Shown one piece after another: positions 48,695-58,301 of a stretch of 64,000 bases of DNA. Origin of the DNA: Candidatus Fervidifonticultor secundus (GTDB lineage Bacteria > Sysuimicrobiota > Sysuimicrobiia > Sysuimicrobiales > Humicultoraceae). Position 1 is the first letter of the stretch; each line of letters opens with the position of its first letter. The notes under the pieces are model-generated. The model was given only the letters and a program-made list of their open reading frames with translations, searched no databases and was not told the DNA's origin. Both the position numbers and the translations under genes were made by a program. The stretch covers positions 320,001 through 384,000 of the forward strand of contig JAVKIP010000001.1 in the NCBI GenBank assembly GCA_031459385.1, read 5' to 3'.

Positions 48695-49834
48695 TCACCC
48701 TTCCTCCAGGATGTCCAGCGTGCCCTCGAACCGGTCGACCAGGTAGATCCGCCCGCCGGCGTCCACGTAGACGTCGTTGGACTGCGGCCGGCCCGTGGCC
48801 ACCGCGGGCACGTACCACGCGACCTCCTGCGGCCGGAACGGGTCCCGGATGTCCACCACCCGCAGCCCGCCCGCGAAGTACGTCAGGTAGATGCGCTCCT
48901 CGCTCTGGAAGCCGCCGGGCCGGTTCTCGTGGATGTTGTGCGGGCCGAAGCGGAAGGCGGGGTCCGCCAGGCCCTCGGGGTCGACGCGGAACGCTGCGAC
49001 GGGGATGGGGTTGCGCTCCTCGCGGACGTCGACGATCCACATGTACTTCTCGCGGTCGGTGCCCTCGCGCCAGGGCCGCAGCCCTTCCTGCGTGCAGATC
49101 ACCAGCCGGCGGCCTGGCAGCGGCAGCGCCGTGTGCAGCATGTCGCCAAACGGCGGGTGGAACGTGTGGCGGGTCACCAGGCGCGGCTGCGCCCAGGACG
49201 TCATGTCGAGAATCGCCCACCCCCAGTCCACGCAGCCCACGTAGCACCGGCTGCCCACCACGAAGGGCGCGCCGTGGACACGCACGCGCCAGTGCCGTGG
49301 CCAGTCGGGCACCTCGCCGCCCGCGGCGTGCTGGCCGGGGATCCACCACCGGCCGACTTCCTCGGGCCGGTCGGGCCGGGCCAGGTCCACGATCCGGTAG
49401 ATCTGGTCCGTGTAGCCGTCGGCACCGGCCGACAGGTGCGCGTATCGGCCGTCGGTGAACCAGAAGCGGTGCACGCCAGGCCCGCCGGTGCGGAAGACCG
49501 CCAGCTCGCGGGGCCGCGCGGGATCCTGCACGTCGTAGATCCCGATCCCGGCGGTGAACTCCGTCCCGGTGTAGCCGGGCAAGCGTTCGTAGTTCACGAC
49601 CATCAGGCCGCCGGCCACCTGGACCTTGTGCATGTGCGTGTTGGGCGGGCACGGGAGCTGCGCGACGACCCGCGGCCTGCGAGGATCGCGCACGTCCACG
49701 ATAGTCGTGCCCACCTGGGCCATGGGCGCGATGTAGGCGAACCCGCCGTCGACCAGCACCTGCCCGGCGCCCACCGGGCCGTAAGGCGTCCGGCTGATGA
49801 GCCGGAGGTTGTGCAGACGACCGTCCTGCGTCAC
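48695..49834 (-). CDS. LVIVD-repeat beta-propeller protein
   Basis: Repeats TIVDVRDP, IYDVQDP, RIVDLARP, ILDMTS, WIVDVREE, LRVVDIRDP; no signal peptide. Confidence 0.82.
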   Translation of the reverse strand: MTQDGRLHNLRLISRTPYGPVGAGQVLVDGGFAYIAPMAQVGTTIVDVRDPRRPRVVAQLPCPPNTHMHKVQVAGGLMVVNYERLPGYTGTEFTAGIGIYDVQDPARPRELAVFRTGGPGVHRFWFTDGRYAHLSAGADGYTDQIYRIVDLARPDRPEEVGRWWIPGQHAAGGEVPDWPRHWRVRVHGAPFVVGSRCYVGCVDWGWAILDMTSWAQPRLVTRHTFHPPFGDMLHTALPLPGRRLVICTQEGLRPWREGTDREKYMWIVDVREERNPIPVAAFRVDPEGLADPAFRFGPHNIHENRPGGFQSEERIYLTYFAGGLRVVDIRDPFRPQEVAWYVPAVATGRPQSNDVYVDAGGRIYLVDRFEGTLDILEEG

Positions 49835-49907
49835 GACTGTGCCTCCTCTGTTCGGGGGGTGGTATCGACGCGGCGGCTGCGGTGCCGGCGCGCCGTCCCG
49901 TCAGGGC

Positions 49908-51836
49908 TCATGGCGCCTTCAGCACGCCTTCTGGCCAGTGTACCCCCAGCAGCGATCCGAAGCCGGCCAGCGCCCCGACCGTGAGGGCGGTGTAGGCCAC
50001 GGCCGCCAGCGGCCGCATGCGGGCCTCGCGCAGTGTCACCGCCAGCATGAAGCCACCGGCCGCCAGGTGGAAGCCCCCAAGCCAGATCAGGGTGAAGAAG
50101 CCTCCCACCGTCACGAAGCCCGCCAGCCCGCGCCGCAGGATCGCCGGCGCCGGAGGGCCCTCGTCGCCGGCACCGGAGCGGCCCTGCAGGGCCCGGAGCA
50201 CCTGGAGCGCCGCGAGCGCCAGCCCCGGGACCGTCACCATGAGCGGCATCACCGCCGCCCCCGGGACGAAGCTCCGGATCTGCGCGAGCGCCACGACGAA
50301 GATGCCGGCGACCGCGACGCTGAGCAGCACGTCGGCAGGCACCCGGCCAGGGGCGCCCTCGGCCGGCGCCTGACGGCGGCGCACCCATCCCACCAGAGCC
50401 CAGACGAAGGGGGCGACCAGCACCGCGCCGATGACGAGCACGCCCGGGCGGGCAAGCCACGTCCAGCCGTAGAGGTTGTGGGTGACGACGAAGTAGCGCT
50501 CCATGGGGCCGGCCAGCACGAAGCCGATGAGCAGCGGCGCCCGCGGCCAGCCTGTGTGGCTCATCGCCCAGCCCAGCAGACCCAGCAGGAAGAGCGCGAC
50601 CAGGTCGCCCATGTCCTGCGTGGTCTGGTACGCGCCCAGCGCAATGGTGATCAGCACCGGCGCCGCCAGCCGGGCGAAGGGTACCTGCGTGAGCCGGGCC
50701 ATGGCCGGGCTGGCCGCGAAGCACAGCCCGGCGCCGAGCACGTTGGCCAGCGCGTACGACCAGATGATCACGTAGATCAACGACAGGTGCTCGGTGACGA
50801 TGCGCGGGCCAGGCAGGATGCCGTAGCGCAGCAGTGCGCCCACCAGCAGCGCCGCCGAGGCGCTGCCGGGCACCATGAACAGCAGGGTGGGGATGAGGTC
50901 CCCGGCGGCCACCGCGTTGTTGGCCGCCTCGGGCGCGATCACGCCGCGGATGTCCCCTTTGCCGAAGCGGCTGCGGTCGCGGCTGGTGGCCACGACGTGG
51001 CCGTACGCCATCCAGGTGCCGGCCGTGGCGCCCAGCGCTGGCAGGATACCTGCCCAGACGCCGATGAGCGCCCCGCGCAGGACGAGCCACCGGTGCGCCA
51101 GCACGTCCCGCAGGCCCTGCAGCCACCCGACGCCCAGGCTGGTCGTCGCCTCGGCGATGGCGCCGCCGCGCGAGAGCAGCGTGATCACCTCGGCGAGGCC
51201 GAAGATGCCGAGCGCCACCACGACCAGCGGGATGCCGTCCATCAGGTAGAGGCGGCCGAAGTCGAAGCGCACCTGCGCCGCGGCCGGGGAGGGCCCGATC
51301 ATGCCCAGCAGCAGGCCCACCAGCCCGGCCAGCAGGCCCTTGCGCGCCTCTCTGCCCAGCAGGCTGCCGGCGTAGGAGACGCCCAGCGCCGTGAGCATGA
51401 ACAGCTCGGGCGAGCCCAGGGCCAGCACCAGCGGGCGCGCCACCGGGATGGCGAGCGTGAGCCCGAGCGCGCCGATCAGGCCGCCGGTCAGCGACGACAG
51501 GAACGCCGCCGACAGAGCGCGCGCGGCCTGGCCCTGGCGCGCCAGCTGGTGTCCCTCGATGACCGAGGTCGCCGACGCCGCCGAGCCCGGCGCGCCGATC
51601 AGCACCGACGTGATCGTGTCAGAGGTATGGACGACGGCCAGGGCGCCGGTCATCACCGCCGCGGCCGCGATGGCGTCGAGCTTGTAGATGTACGGCAGGA
51701 TCAGCGAGACCGCCACGATGCCGCCCATCCCGGGCATGACGCCGACCACCAGCCCCGCCAGCACGCCGGCGAAGAGCAGCCCTACCCGCGCGGGGTCGGC
51801 GAAGATCGCCAGCGCCGCGAGCGCCGCCTCACGCAT
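49908..51836 (-). CDS. tctA: Tripartite tricarboxylate transporter permease, TctA with fused TctB-like C-terminus (copy 2)
   Basis: GVMPGMGG, GAPGS, APEAANNA, LIPTLLFMVPG, PRAPLLIGFVL; paralog of 45402-47390. Confidence 0.85.
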   Translation of the reverse strand: MREAALAALAIFADPARVGLLFAGVLAGLVVGVMPGMGGIVAVSLILPYIYKLDAIAAAAVMTGALAVVHTSDTITSVLIGAPGSAASATSVIEGHQLARQGQAARALSAAFLSSLTGGLIGALGLTLAIPVARPLVLALGSPELFMLTALGVSYAGSLLGREARKGLLAGLVGLLLGMIGPSPAAAQVRFDFGRLYLMDGIPLVVVALGIFGLAEVITLLSRGGAIAEATTSLGVGWLQGLRDVLAHRWLVLRGALIGVWAGILPALGATAGTWMAYGHVVATSRDRSRFGKGDIRGVIAPEAANNAVAAGDLIPTLLFMVPGSASAALLVGALLRYGILPGPRIVTEHLSLIYVIIWSYALANVLGAGLCFAASPAMARLTQVPFARLAAPVLITIALGAYQTTQDMGDLVALFLLGLLGWAMSHTGWPRAPLLIGFVLAGPMERYFVVTHNLYGWTWLARPGVLVIGAVLVAPFVWALVGWVRRRQAPAEGAPGRVPADVLLSVAVAGIFVVALAQIRSFVPGAAVMPLMVTVPGLALAALQVLRALQGRSGAGDEGPPAPAILRRGLAGFVTVGGFFTLIWLGGFHLAAGGFMLAVTLREARMRPLAAVAYTALTVGALAGFGSLLGVHWPEGVLKAP

Positions 51837-51884
51837 GGCGGCACCGCGCGCCCGCGCGCGGCGACGGGCCGGGGGCGGGGCACA

Positions 51885-53027
51885 TCAGATCGCCTGTCCG
51901 TACTTCGTCTGCATCAGGTCGCGGATGAATTTCACGACGTCGAGGGTGACCCGCAGGCCGCGGTGGACCGTGGCCTCGACCTGATCGCCGCGCAGCAGCG
52001 CGTAACCCTCCAGCAGCCGCCGTGCCTGCTCCTGGAACTCGCGGTCACGGTTCATCCGGTCGATGGCCTGGTGCAGCTCGCGCATCACCTCGGGCGGCGT
52101 GCCCTCCTGCGCCCACAGGCCCCGGCCGTAGACCCAGGCGGCCGCGAACGTGGCCCGGAACGCCTTCCATCGCAGCAGCCCGTCGGGCCTCTTCCCGTGG
52201 AGCTGCTGGTAGACCTCGTAGACCGTGGGCAGGTCAGGTAGCGCGGGGTCGCGCACGACCTCGCCCTTCTCGTTGATGTAGCCCAGCGACATGAGCGGGA
52301 TGGCCTTGCCCTCGCGCACGAGCGGCGCGACCTGCGTGACGTAGACGATCGTGGACTGGAAGTCCAGGTTGAGTTCGCCGCGCTCGAAGGCCAGCCGCGC
52401 CGGGCCCACGCCCTCGAACCCGAAGACGACGCGGGGATGGAGCCCCAGCAGTTCGTAGGCCAGCAGGGCCGTGACCACGTTGCCCGGCGGCGACGGGCTG
52501 CCCGCGACCAGGTCGCGCGCCCTGGCCAGGTCGGCGGCCGCGCGGATGCCGGTGCGGGGCGAGACATAGAAGACGCCGCCCGAACCGCTGATCGCCACCA
52601 GCTTGAACCGCCGGAAGTCGTAGCGCACCGCGGGGTTCTGGATGATGTAGGCGATCTTGGAGCCCACGGGACTTGCCAGCAGCGTCAGCCCGTCGGGTCG
52701 GGCGTTGGCGGCGAACCAGTTGCTGCCGAGAATGGTGCCCCCGCCGGGGATGTTGCGGATGCGCACCGCGGGGTTGCCGGCGATGTGCTTCTCGAGAAAC
52801 GGCGCAAACGCCCGGTTCAAGATGTCGGTGGGACCGCCCACGGCCGTGGGAACCACGATCTCGATGGTCTTCCCCGCGAAGTAGGGGGCCTGGCCCAGGG
52901 CGGGCACGCCCGCGAGCAGGGCCGCAGCCACTGTCACGGCCACGGGCACGGCCGGGCGCACGCCCCGCGCCACGGTCAGGGTCACGCCCCGCGCCAGGGC
53001 CAGGGCCACGGTGGTCAGGGACCGCAT
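51885..53027 (-). CDS. tctC: Tripartite tricarboxylate transporter substrate-binding protein (Bug/TctC, copy 2)
   Basis: QAPYFAGKTIEIVVP..GGPTD, NIPGGG, RPDGL, LAFERGE; SD GGAGG before ATG 53027. Confidence 0.85.
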   Translation of the reverse strand: MRSLTTVALALARGVTLTVARGVRPAVPVAVTVAAALLAGVPALGQAPYFAGKTIEIVVPTAVGGPTDILNRAFAPFLEKHIAGNPAVRIRNIPGGGTILGSNWFAANARPDGLTLLASPVGSKIAYIIQNPAVRYDFRRFKLVAISGSGGVFYVSPRTGIRAAADLARARDLVAGSPSPPGNVVTALLAYELLGLHPRVVFGFEGVGPARLAFERGELNLDFQSTIVYVTQVAPLVREGKAIPLMSLGYINEKGEVVRDPALPDLPTVYEVYQQLHGKRPDGLLRWKAFRATFAAAWVYGRGLWAQEGTPPEVMRELHQAIDRMNRDREFQEQARRLLEGYALLRGDQVEATVHRGLRVTLDVVKFIRDLMQTKYGQAI

Positions 53028-53032
53028 GGTCG

Positions 53033-55354
53033 TCACCTCCCGGAGATGAGCTTCCACAGGCGCGGCGGGGTGAAGGGCACGTCCACGTGCCGGATGCCAA
53101 GCGGGCGCAGCGCGTCGGCCACGGCGTTGGCCACCGCGGGCAGCGTGCCGATCGTGCCCGACTCGCCGATCCCCTTGGCGCCCAGCGGGTTGAGCGGCGA
53201 GGGGGTCTCGAGGAACGCGCTGATGATTGCGGGCACGTGCGTCGCGCGGGGCATGGCATAGTCGGCGAAGGTGCTGGTCTGCAACTGCCCGGCCTGATCG
53301 TAGACGACTTCTTCCAGCAGCGTCTGGCCCAGGCCCTGCACCGTGGAGCCGATGACCTGGCCCTCGGCCAGCAGCGGGTTGACCAGGCGCCCGGCGTCGT
53401 CCACGGCGACGAAGCGCAGGATGCGCACCTCGCCGGTCTCGCGGTCGATCTCTACCACCGCGGCGTAGACACCGTAGGGAAACACCGGCCCCTGCAGGGC
53501 GAAGTACGTCACCGCGTGCAGGCCCGGCTCGAGGCCCGCCGGCAGCTTCGTGGGGTCGTAGGCCGCGGCCGCCACGTGCGTCCACGGCACGGTGCGGGAC
53601 GGGATGCCCCGGACGTGCAGCGCGCCGTCGGACCACTCGATGTCCTCCGCGGCCGCCTCCAGCAGGTGCGCCGCGATCACCGAGGCCTTCTCGCGGATCT
53701 TGCGCGCGCTCAACAGCACCGCCGAGCCGCCGGTGGTGGTCGACCGGCTGCCGAACGTGCCGATGCCGCGGGGCACTGCGGCCGAGTCGCCCTGCCGCAC
53801 CGCAACCTGTCCCGGCTCGAGTCCCAGCGCTTCGGCCGCGATCTGGGCGAAGACCGTCTCGTGGCCCTGCCCATGGGCCGCCGAGCCGGTGCGCACGACG
53901 ACGCGGCCGCCCGGGTCGACCGACACCTCGGCGCTCTCCCAGAACTGCGGGGCGGCACGCTCGACGTAGATCGCGAGCCCGATCCCCAGCAGCCGGCCCT
54001 CTGCCCGCGTCCTGCGCTGTTCCTCGCGCCAGCGGTCGTGCTCCAGGACCTCCAGGGCGCGGTCGAGCGCCTGCGCATAGTTGCCCGAGTCGTAGGTCAG
54101 GCCCAGCGGTGTCCTGTGGGGGAAGGCCTCCGGCGGGATGAAGTTGCGCCGGCGGATCTCCACGGGATCCAGACCGATCTCGTGCGCCAGCAGGTCCATC
54201 ATGCGCTCGACGATCAACGCCGCCTCGGGCCGGCCGGCGCCGCGGTAGGGGCCCAGGGGCACTTTGTTGGTCGCCACACCGAGCACCTCGACCTCGGCGG
54301 CCGGCACCGCGTAGGCACCGGTCAGCAGTGTCGCGGTGGTCACGGGCATGTTGGCCGTCGGCGGGAAGAGGTAGGCGCCGCTGTCGGCCACGATGCGGGC
54401 GCGCACGGCCAGCACACGGCCGTCGGCGTCGGCGGCCACCGCCACCTCGGCGTCGAGCCCGCGGCCCTGGTAGGTGGCCTGCAGGTTCTCACGGCGGTCT
54501 TCCAGCCAGCGGACCGGCCGGCCCAGGTCCATGGCCGCGACGGCCGCGGCTGCCGCCTCGGGCGGGAGCCCTCCCTTGACGCCGAAGCCGCCGCCCACGT
54601 CGGGGACGATGACGCGGATGCGGTCTTCGGGCCGGTCGAGCACGCGGCCGAGCTGCGCCCGCGGGCGATGGGGATCCTGCGCGGAGATCCAGAGCGTCAG
54701 CAGGTCGGTACCCGGATCGTACGCCGCCAGCGCGCCGCGGGGCTCGATGGGCGCGCCGGCGAGCCGCGGGATGTGGAAGGCCTGGCGCACGACGTGGGCG
54801 GCCCGCGCGAACGCGCCCTCGACGTCGCCGGCGGCACGCCGCCAGCGGGCCAGCACGTTGTCGGCGATGCCGTCGTGCAGCTGCACCTCGCCTCGCAGCG
54901 CCTGGTGTGGGTCGACCACCGCCGGAAGCGGCTCGTACGCGATCTCCAGCAGGTCCAGGGCGTCTTCGGCCGCGGCGCGGCTCAGGGCCACGATGGCAGC
55001 CACCGGCTGCCCGACGTAGCGGACGCGATCGGTGGCCAGGATGGGGTGGGCGGCTTCGCGCGCGACCGCTGTGCCCTCCTGGGCGGCTACGGGCAGCGGC
55101 CGGACGCGCCCGGCCAGCGTCTGTCCGGTCAGAACCGCCACGACGCCCGGCGCGGCCAGCGCGCGGCGCGTTTCGACGGCGCCCAGGTGGGCGTGCCCGT
55201 GCGGGCTGCGCACGACGACCAGGTGCAGCATGCTGGGAAGGGCCAGGTCCCCGATGTAGCGGGCCTGCCCCCGCAGGAACCGCTGGTCTTCCAGCCGGCG
55301 CAGGGGCCGGCCGATCCACCGGCCTGCGCCGGGCCGCGTGGCTGGCGCGCTCAT
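53033..55354 (-). CDS. Xanthine dehydrogenase family molybdopterin-binding (large) subunit, CoxL/CutL-like
   Basis: RRLEDQRFLRG, DVGGGFG, PYRGAGRPEA, HGQGHET, GTFGSRS, GAKGIGESG catalytic Glu; ATGA overlap. Confidence 0.92.
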   Translation of the reverse strand: MSAPATRPGAGRWIGRPLRRLEDQRFLRGQARYIGDLALPSMLHLVVVRSPHGHAHLGAVETRRALAAPGVVAVLTGQTLAGRVRPLPVAAQEGTAVAREAAHPILATDRVRYVGQPVAAIVALSRAAAEDALDLLEIAYEPLPAVVDPHQALRGEVQLHDGIADNVLARWRRAAGDVEGAFARAAHVVRQAFHIPRLAGAPIEPRGALAAYDPGTDLLTLWISAQDPHRPRAQLGRVLDRPEDRIRVIVPDVGGGFGVKGGLPPEAAAAAVAAMDLGRPVRWLEDRRENLQATYQGRGLDAEVAVAADADGRVLAVRARIVADSGAYLFPPTANMPVTTATLLTGAYAVPAAEVEVLGVATNKVPLGPYRGAGRPEAALIVERMMDLLAHEIGLDPVEIRRRNFIPPEAFPHRTPLGLTYDSGNYAQALDRALEVLEHDRWREEQRRTRAEGRLLGIGLAIYVERAAPQFWESAEVSVDPGGRVVVRTGSAAHGQGHETVFAQIAAEALGLEPGQVAVRQGDSAAVPRGIGTFGSRSTTTGGSAVLLSARKIREKASVIAAHLLEAAAEDIEWSDGALHVRGIPSRTVPWTHVAAAAYDPTKLPAGLEPGLHAVTYFALQGPVFPYGVYAAVVEIDRETGEVRILRFVAVDDAGRLVNPLLAEGQVIGSTVQGLGQTLLEEVVYDQAGQLQTSTFADYAMPRATHVPAIISAFLETPSPLNPLGAKGIGESGTIGTLPAVANAVADALRPLGIRHVDVPFTPPRLWKLISGR

Positions 55355-56631
55355 ACGCCGGCCACGAGCAGGTCGAGCGGCACCTGGCTGCCGAGCCGCT
55401 CGGCGCCCGTTTCGGTGATGATGAACGTGTGGCCGAAGAACAGCCCCAGCAGCCCGTCGGGGGTGATGAGGTTCGGCTCCAGCATCACCGTCATGCCCGG
55501 TTTCATCACCATGTCGTTGGGGTCGCCGTGCGCCCCGTCCACCCGCACGTCGGGCGCGTGCGTGACCAGATCCAGGCTGTGCAGGATGATCGGCCGCGAC
55601 TGGTAGCCGCGCGCGCGGAAGAAGCCGGCGTGCCGGGCCATGGCCTGGAACGTGTTGCCCGGCCGCAGCTCGGCCGCCAGCGTCTGAAACCCCGGCAGCA
55701 CCACCTCGTCGAAGATCCGGCGGACGTGGCCGGTGGGGGGCCCGACGCAGATCGGCACGCCCATCTGGGCCGTGTAGCCCTCGTAGCCCGCAGCCACCTC
55801 GTTGAGGACGATGTCGCCCCGCTGCAGGCGCCGGCCCGAGGGCCGCGGGTTCCCGAAGACCATGCGCGGGTCGTCCATGGGCGTGGCGCCGACGATGACG
55901 AAGTCCAGCTCGCCGCCGCCCTGGAGCATGGCGGCGGCAGCCGCGGCCTTCAGCTCCCACTCGGCGGCCCCGGGCCGCGCGGCGTCGGCCATGGCCAGCA
56001 GAGCCCGCGCGCAGAGCTCGCCGGCCTTGCGCACGCGGGCCAGCTCCTCGGCGCTCTTCACCACCAGGAACTCGTGGAAGAAGTCGCCCACGAACTCCAG
56101 CGTGGCATCCGGCAGGGCCCGCGCCAGCGTCACGTACTGGTTCACCGGCAGATAGTCGTTGTAGCGCGGGTCGGCCACGGTGATACCGATGCGTCCGCGC
56201 TCGATGCCCGCCTCCTTGATGCACGTGGCCAGCACCTCGCCGAACTGCCCCCGGGGGGCCGGGCGTACGTCGCGCACGGCCACGGCCCGGCGCGTGGCCT
56301 CGATGTGGGTGCCGCCCATGCCGTAGAGCAGCGTGGGCTCGCCCTCGCGAGGGACGAAGAGGTAGGTGCACATCGCATGCCACTCCCGGTGGTTCGCAAG
56401 CCACAAGACGCCGCCCCCGTACGACCAGTGGCTGGGCCCGCCGCAGACGATCAGACCATCGAGGCCCAGGCGCCCCATCTTGGCGCGCGTCAGGTCGAAG
56501 CGCCGCCGGTGCTCGGCGTCGGAGAAGCGATCGTAGACCGCATCGGTGTAGTACGGTGAATTGATGAAGTCAGCGAAGTGCCTGGGGTCGTCCAGCGACG
56601 TCCGCACGGCCTCGAACTCAAACGGTGCCAC
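55351..56631 (-). CDS. M24 (pita-bread)-fold protein with non-canonical metal site
   Basis: RFSDAEHRRR N-terminus, VKSAEEL..VRKA, LNEV..YEGYTAQ, LHSLDL, MLEPN, FFGHTFIITETGAERL. Confidence 0.82.
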   Translation of the reverse strand: MAPFEFEAVRTSLDDPRHFADFINSPYYTDAVYDRFSDAEHRRRFDLTRAKMGRLGLDGLIVCGGPSHWSYGGGVLWLANHREWHAMCTYLFVPREGEPTLLYGMGGTHIEATRRAVAVRDVRPAPRGQFGEVLATCIKEAGIERGRIGITVADPRYNDYLPVNQYVTLARALPDATLEFVGDFFHEFLVVKSAEELARVRKAGELCARALLAMADAARPGAAEWELKAAAAAAMLQGGGELDFVIVGATPMDDPRMVFGNPRPSGRRLQRGDIVLNEVAAGYEGYTAQMGVPICVGPPTGHVRRIFDEVVLPGFQTLAAELRPGNTFQAMARHAGFFRARGYQSRPIILHSLDLVTHAPDVRVDGAHGDPNDMVMKPGMTVMLEPNLITPDGLLGLFFGHTFIITETGAERLGSQVPLDLLVAGV

Positions 56632-56682
56632 TGCTCACCTCCGCGCCATGGGGCGGGGCTCGCCGCCCGGGTCCGGGCTAGG

Positions 56683-57513
56683 TCAATCGTCGCGGCCCTG
56701 GTACTGCCAGGGGGCGACCTTGCCTTCCAGCCACCGCAGCCCCTGCACCAGCGTCACGCCCAGCAGCGACAGGGGCAGGATACCCACGAACATCTGGTCG
56801 ATGCGTACGTGCTGTTGCGCCCGCATGATCAGATAGCCGATCCCCGAGACGGCCACGTAGAGATCGGAGATCAGCATACCGACCAACCCACGCCCGATGG
56901 CCAGCCGCAGCCCGGCCACGATGAACGGCAGGGACGAGGGGATGATGACGTCTCCCCACAGGGCCCGCTCGGAGCTGCGGAACGACCGGGCGACCTCCAG
57001 CAGCCGCGCTTCGACGCTCTTCACGCCCTGGTAGGTGTTGAGCAGAATGGGAAACAGCGCGAAGAGGAAGATGACGGCGGCCTTGGCCCGCAGCCCCAGC
57101 CCGAACCACACGATCACCAGCGGCATCAGGGCCACCGTCGGCGTGGAGTAGAGGGCGATCATCATCGGCTCCAGCGAGAGGTCCAGGACGCGGAAACGCG
57201 CCATGGCCACGCCCACGGCGACGCCGGCGGCGGCGCCCAGGCTGAGGCCGACGACGAAGACCTTCAGGCTCTCGCCGAGATAGCGCCCGAGCTCGCCCGA
57301 GCCGATCATCTGCACCGCCGCCCCGGCGATGCGCGAGGGTGGCGCGAACAGGAACGGGCTCATCCGCTGGCCCACGAGCTCCCAGAGCACGAGCACCACC
57401 GCCACGGCCGCCACGCGCACGCCGCTGTCGCGCAGTGCCTGCCGCTGTTGCAGCCGCGCCGCCGCGGCACGAGCCGTCGCCCGGCGTTCCAGTTCGAGGG
57501 CCACGTTGGACAC
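56683..57513 (-). CDS. ABC transporter permease (NitT/TauT family)
   Basis: APPSRI, P.VALMPLVIVWFG, LLEVARSF, PSSLPFIVAGLRL; GTG start after GGGAGG. Confidence 0.9.
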   Translation of the reverse strand: MSNVALELERRATARAAAARLQQRQALRDSGVRVAAVAVVLVLWELVGQRMSPFLFAPPSRIAGAAVQMIGSGELGRYLGESLKVFVVGLSLGAAAGVAVGVAMARFRVLDLSLEPMMIALYSTPTVALMPLVIVWFGLGLRAKAAVIFLFALFPILLNTYQGVKSVEARLLEVARSFRSSERALWGDVIIPSSLPFIVAGLRLAIGRGLVGMLISDLYVAVSGIGYLIMRAQQHVRIDQMFVGILPLSLLGVTLVQGLRWLEGKVAPWQYQGRDD

Positions 57514-57532
57514 GGGTCTCACCCTCCCTGGC

Positions 57533-58300
57533 TCACTGGATCTCCTGACGCAGCAGCTCCCACAGGCGGGTCCGCAGCTCGCCAAACGCGGGGTCGGCCC
57601 GCGTCGCCGAGAGCCGCCGTGGGCGGGGGAACGGGACCGGCACGATCTGCTTCACCCGTCCCGGTCGTGCCGTCAGCACAATCACCCGGTCGCCGAGCAG
57701 GATGGCCTCGTCGATACTGTGGGTGACAAAGACGATCGTCTTCTGCTCTTCTTCCAGGATGCGCAGCGTCTCCTCCTGGAGGAGCTCGCGCGTCTGCGCG
57801 TCCAGCGCCGCGAAGGGTTCGTCCATCAGCAGGACCTCCGGGTCCATCGCCAGCGCTCGCGCCAGCCCCACGCGCTGCTGCATGCCACCCGAGAGCTGAT
57901 ACGGGTAGACGTGCTCGAATCCCTCGAGCCCCACCAGCTTCAACACCCGCTGCACCCGGGCCTCGATCAGGTCCCGGGGCGCGCCGGTGAGCTTGAGGCC
58001 GTAGGCGGTGTTGGCTCGCACGGTCTTCCACGGGAAGAGCCCGAAGTGCTGGAAGACCATGGCGACGTTGGGCGGCGGCGCCGTGACCACGGCGCCGTCG
58101 ATGGTGATCCTGCCCTCCGTCAGGGGCACCAGGCCGTCGAGGGCCCGCAGCAGCGTCGTCTTGCCGCAGCCGCTGGGGCCCACGATGCACGCGATCTCGT
58201 TCTCGTAGACCTCCAGGGTGACGCGATCCAGCGCGAGCACCGCGCCGCCCAGAAAGGTGCGCGTCGCGTTCTCGACCCGGATCTTCACCCGTCCCGCCAC
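57533..58300 (-). CDS. ABC transporter ATP-binding protein (NitT/TauT family)
   Basis: GPSGCGKTT, LFPWKTV, LSGGMQQR, LLMDEPFAALD, VTHSIDEA. Confidence 0.95.
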   Translation of the reverse strand: MAGRVKIRVENATRTFLGGAVLALDRVTLEVYENEIACIVGPSGCGKTTLLRALDGLVPLTEGRITIDGAVVTAPPPNVAMVFQHFGLFPWKTVRANTAYGLKLTGAPRDLIEARVQRVLKLVGLEGFEHVYPYQLSGGMQQRVGLARALAMDPEVLLMDEPFAALDAQTRELLQEETLRILEEEQKTIVFVTHSIDEAILLGDRVIVLTARPGRVKQIVPVPFPRPRRLSATRADPAFGELRTRLWELLRQEIQ

Positions 58301-58301
58301 G

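Noticed and set aside
53033..55354. Aerobic CO dehydrogenase CoxL (form I)
   Set aside because: Loop is PYRGAGR, not AYxCSFR; no coxMS or accessory genes
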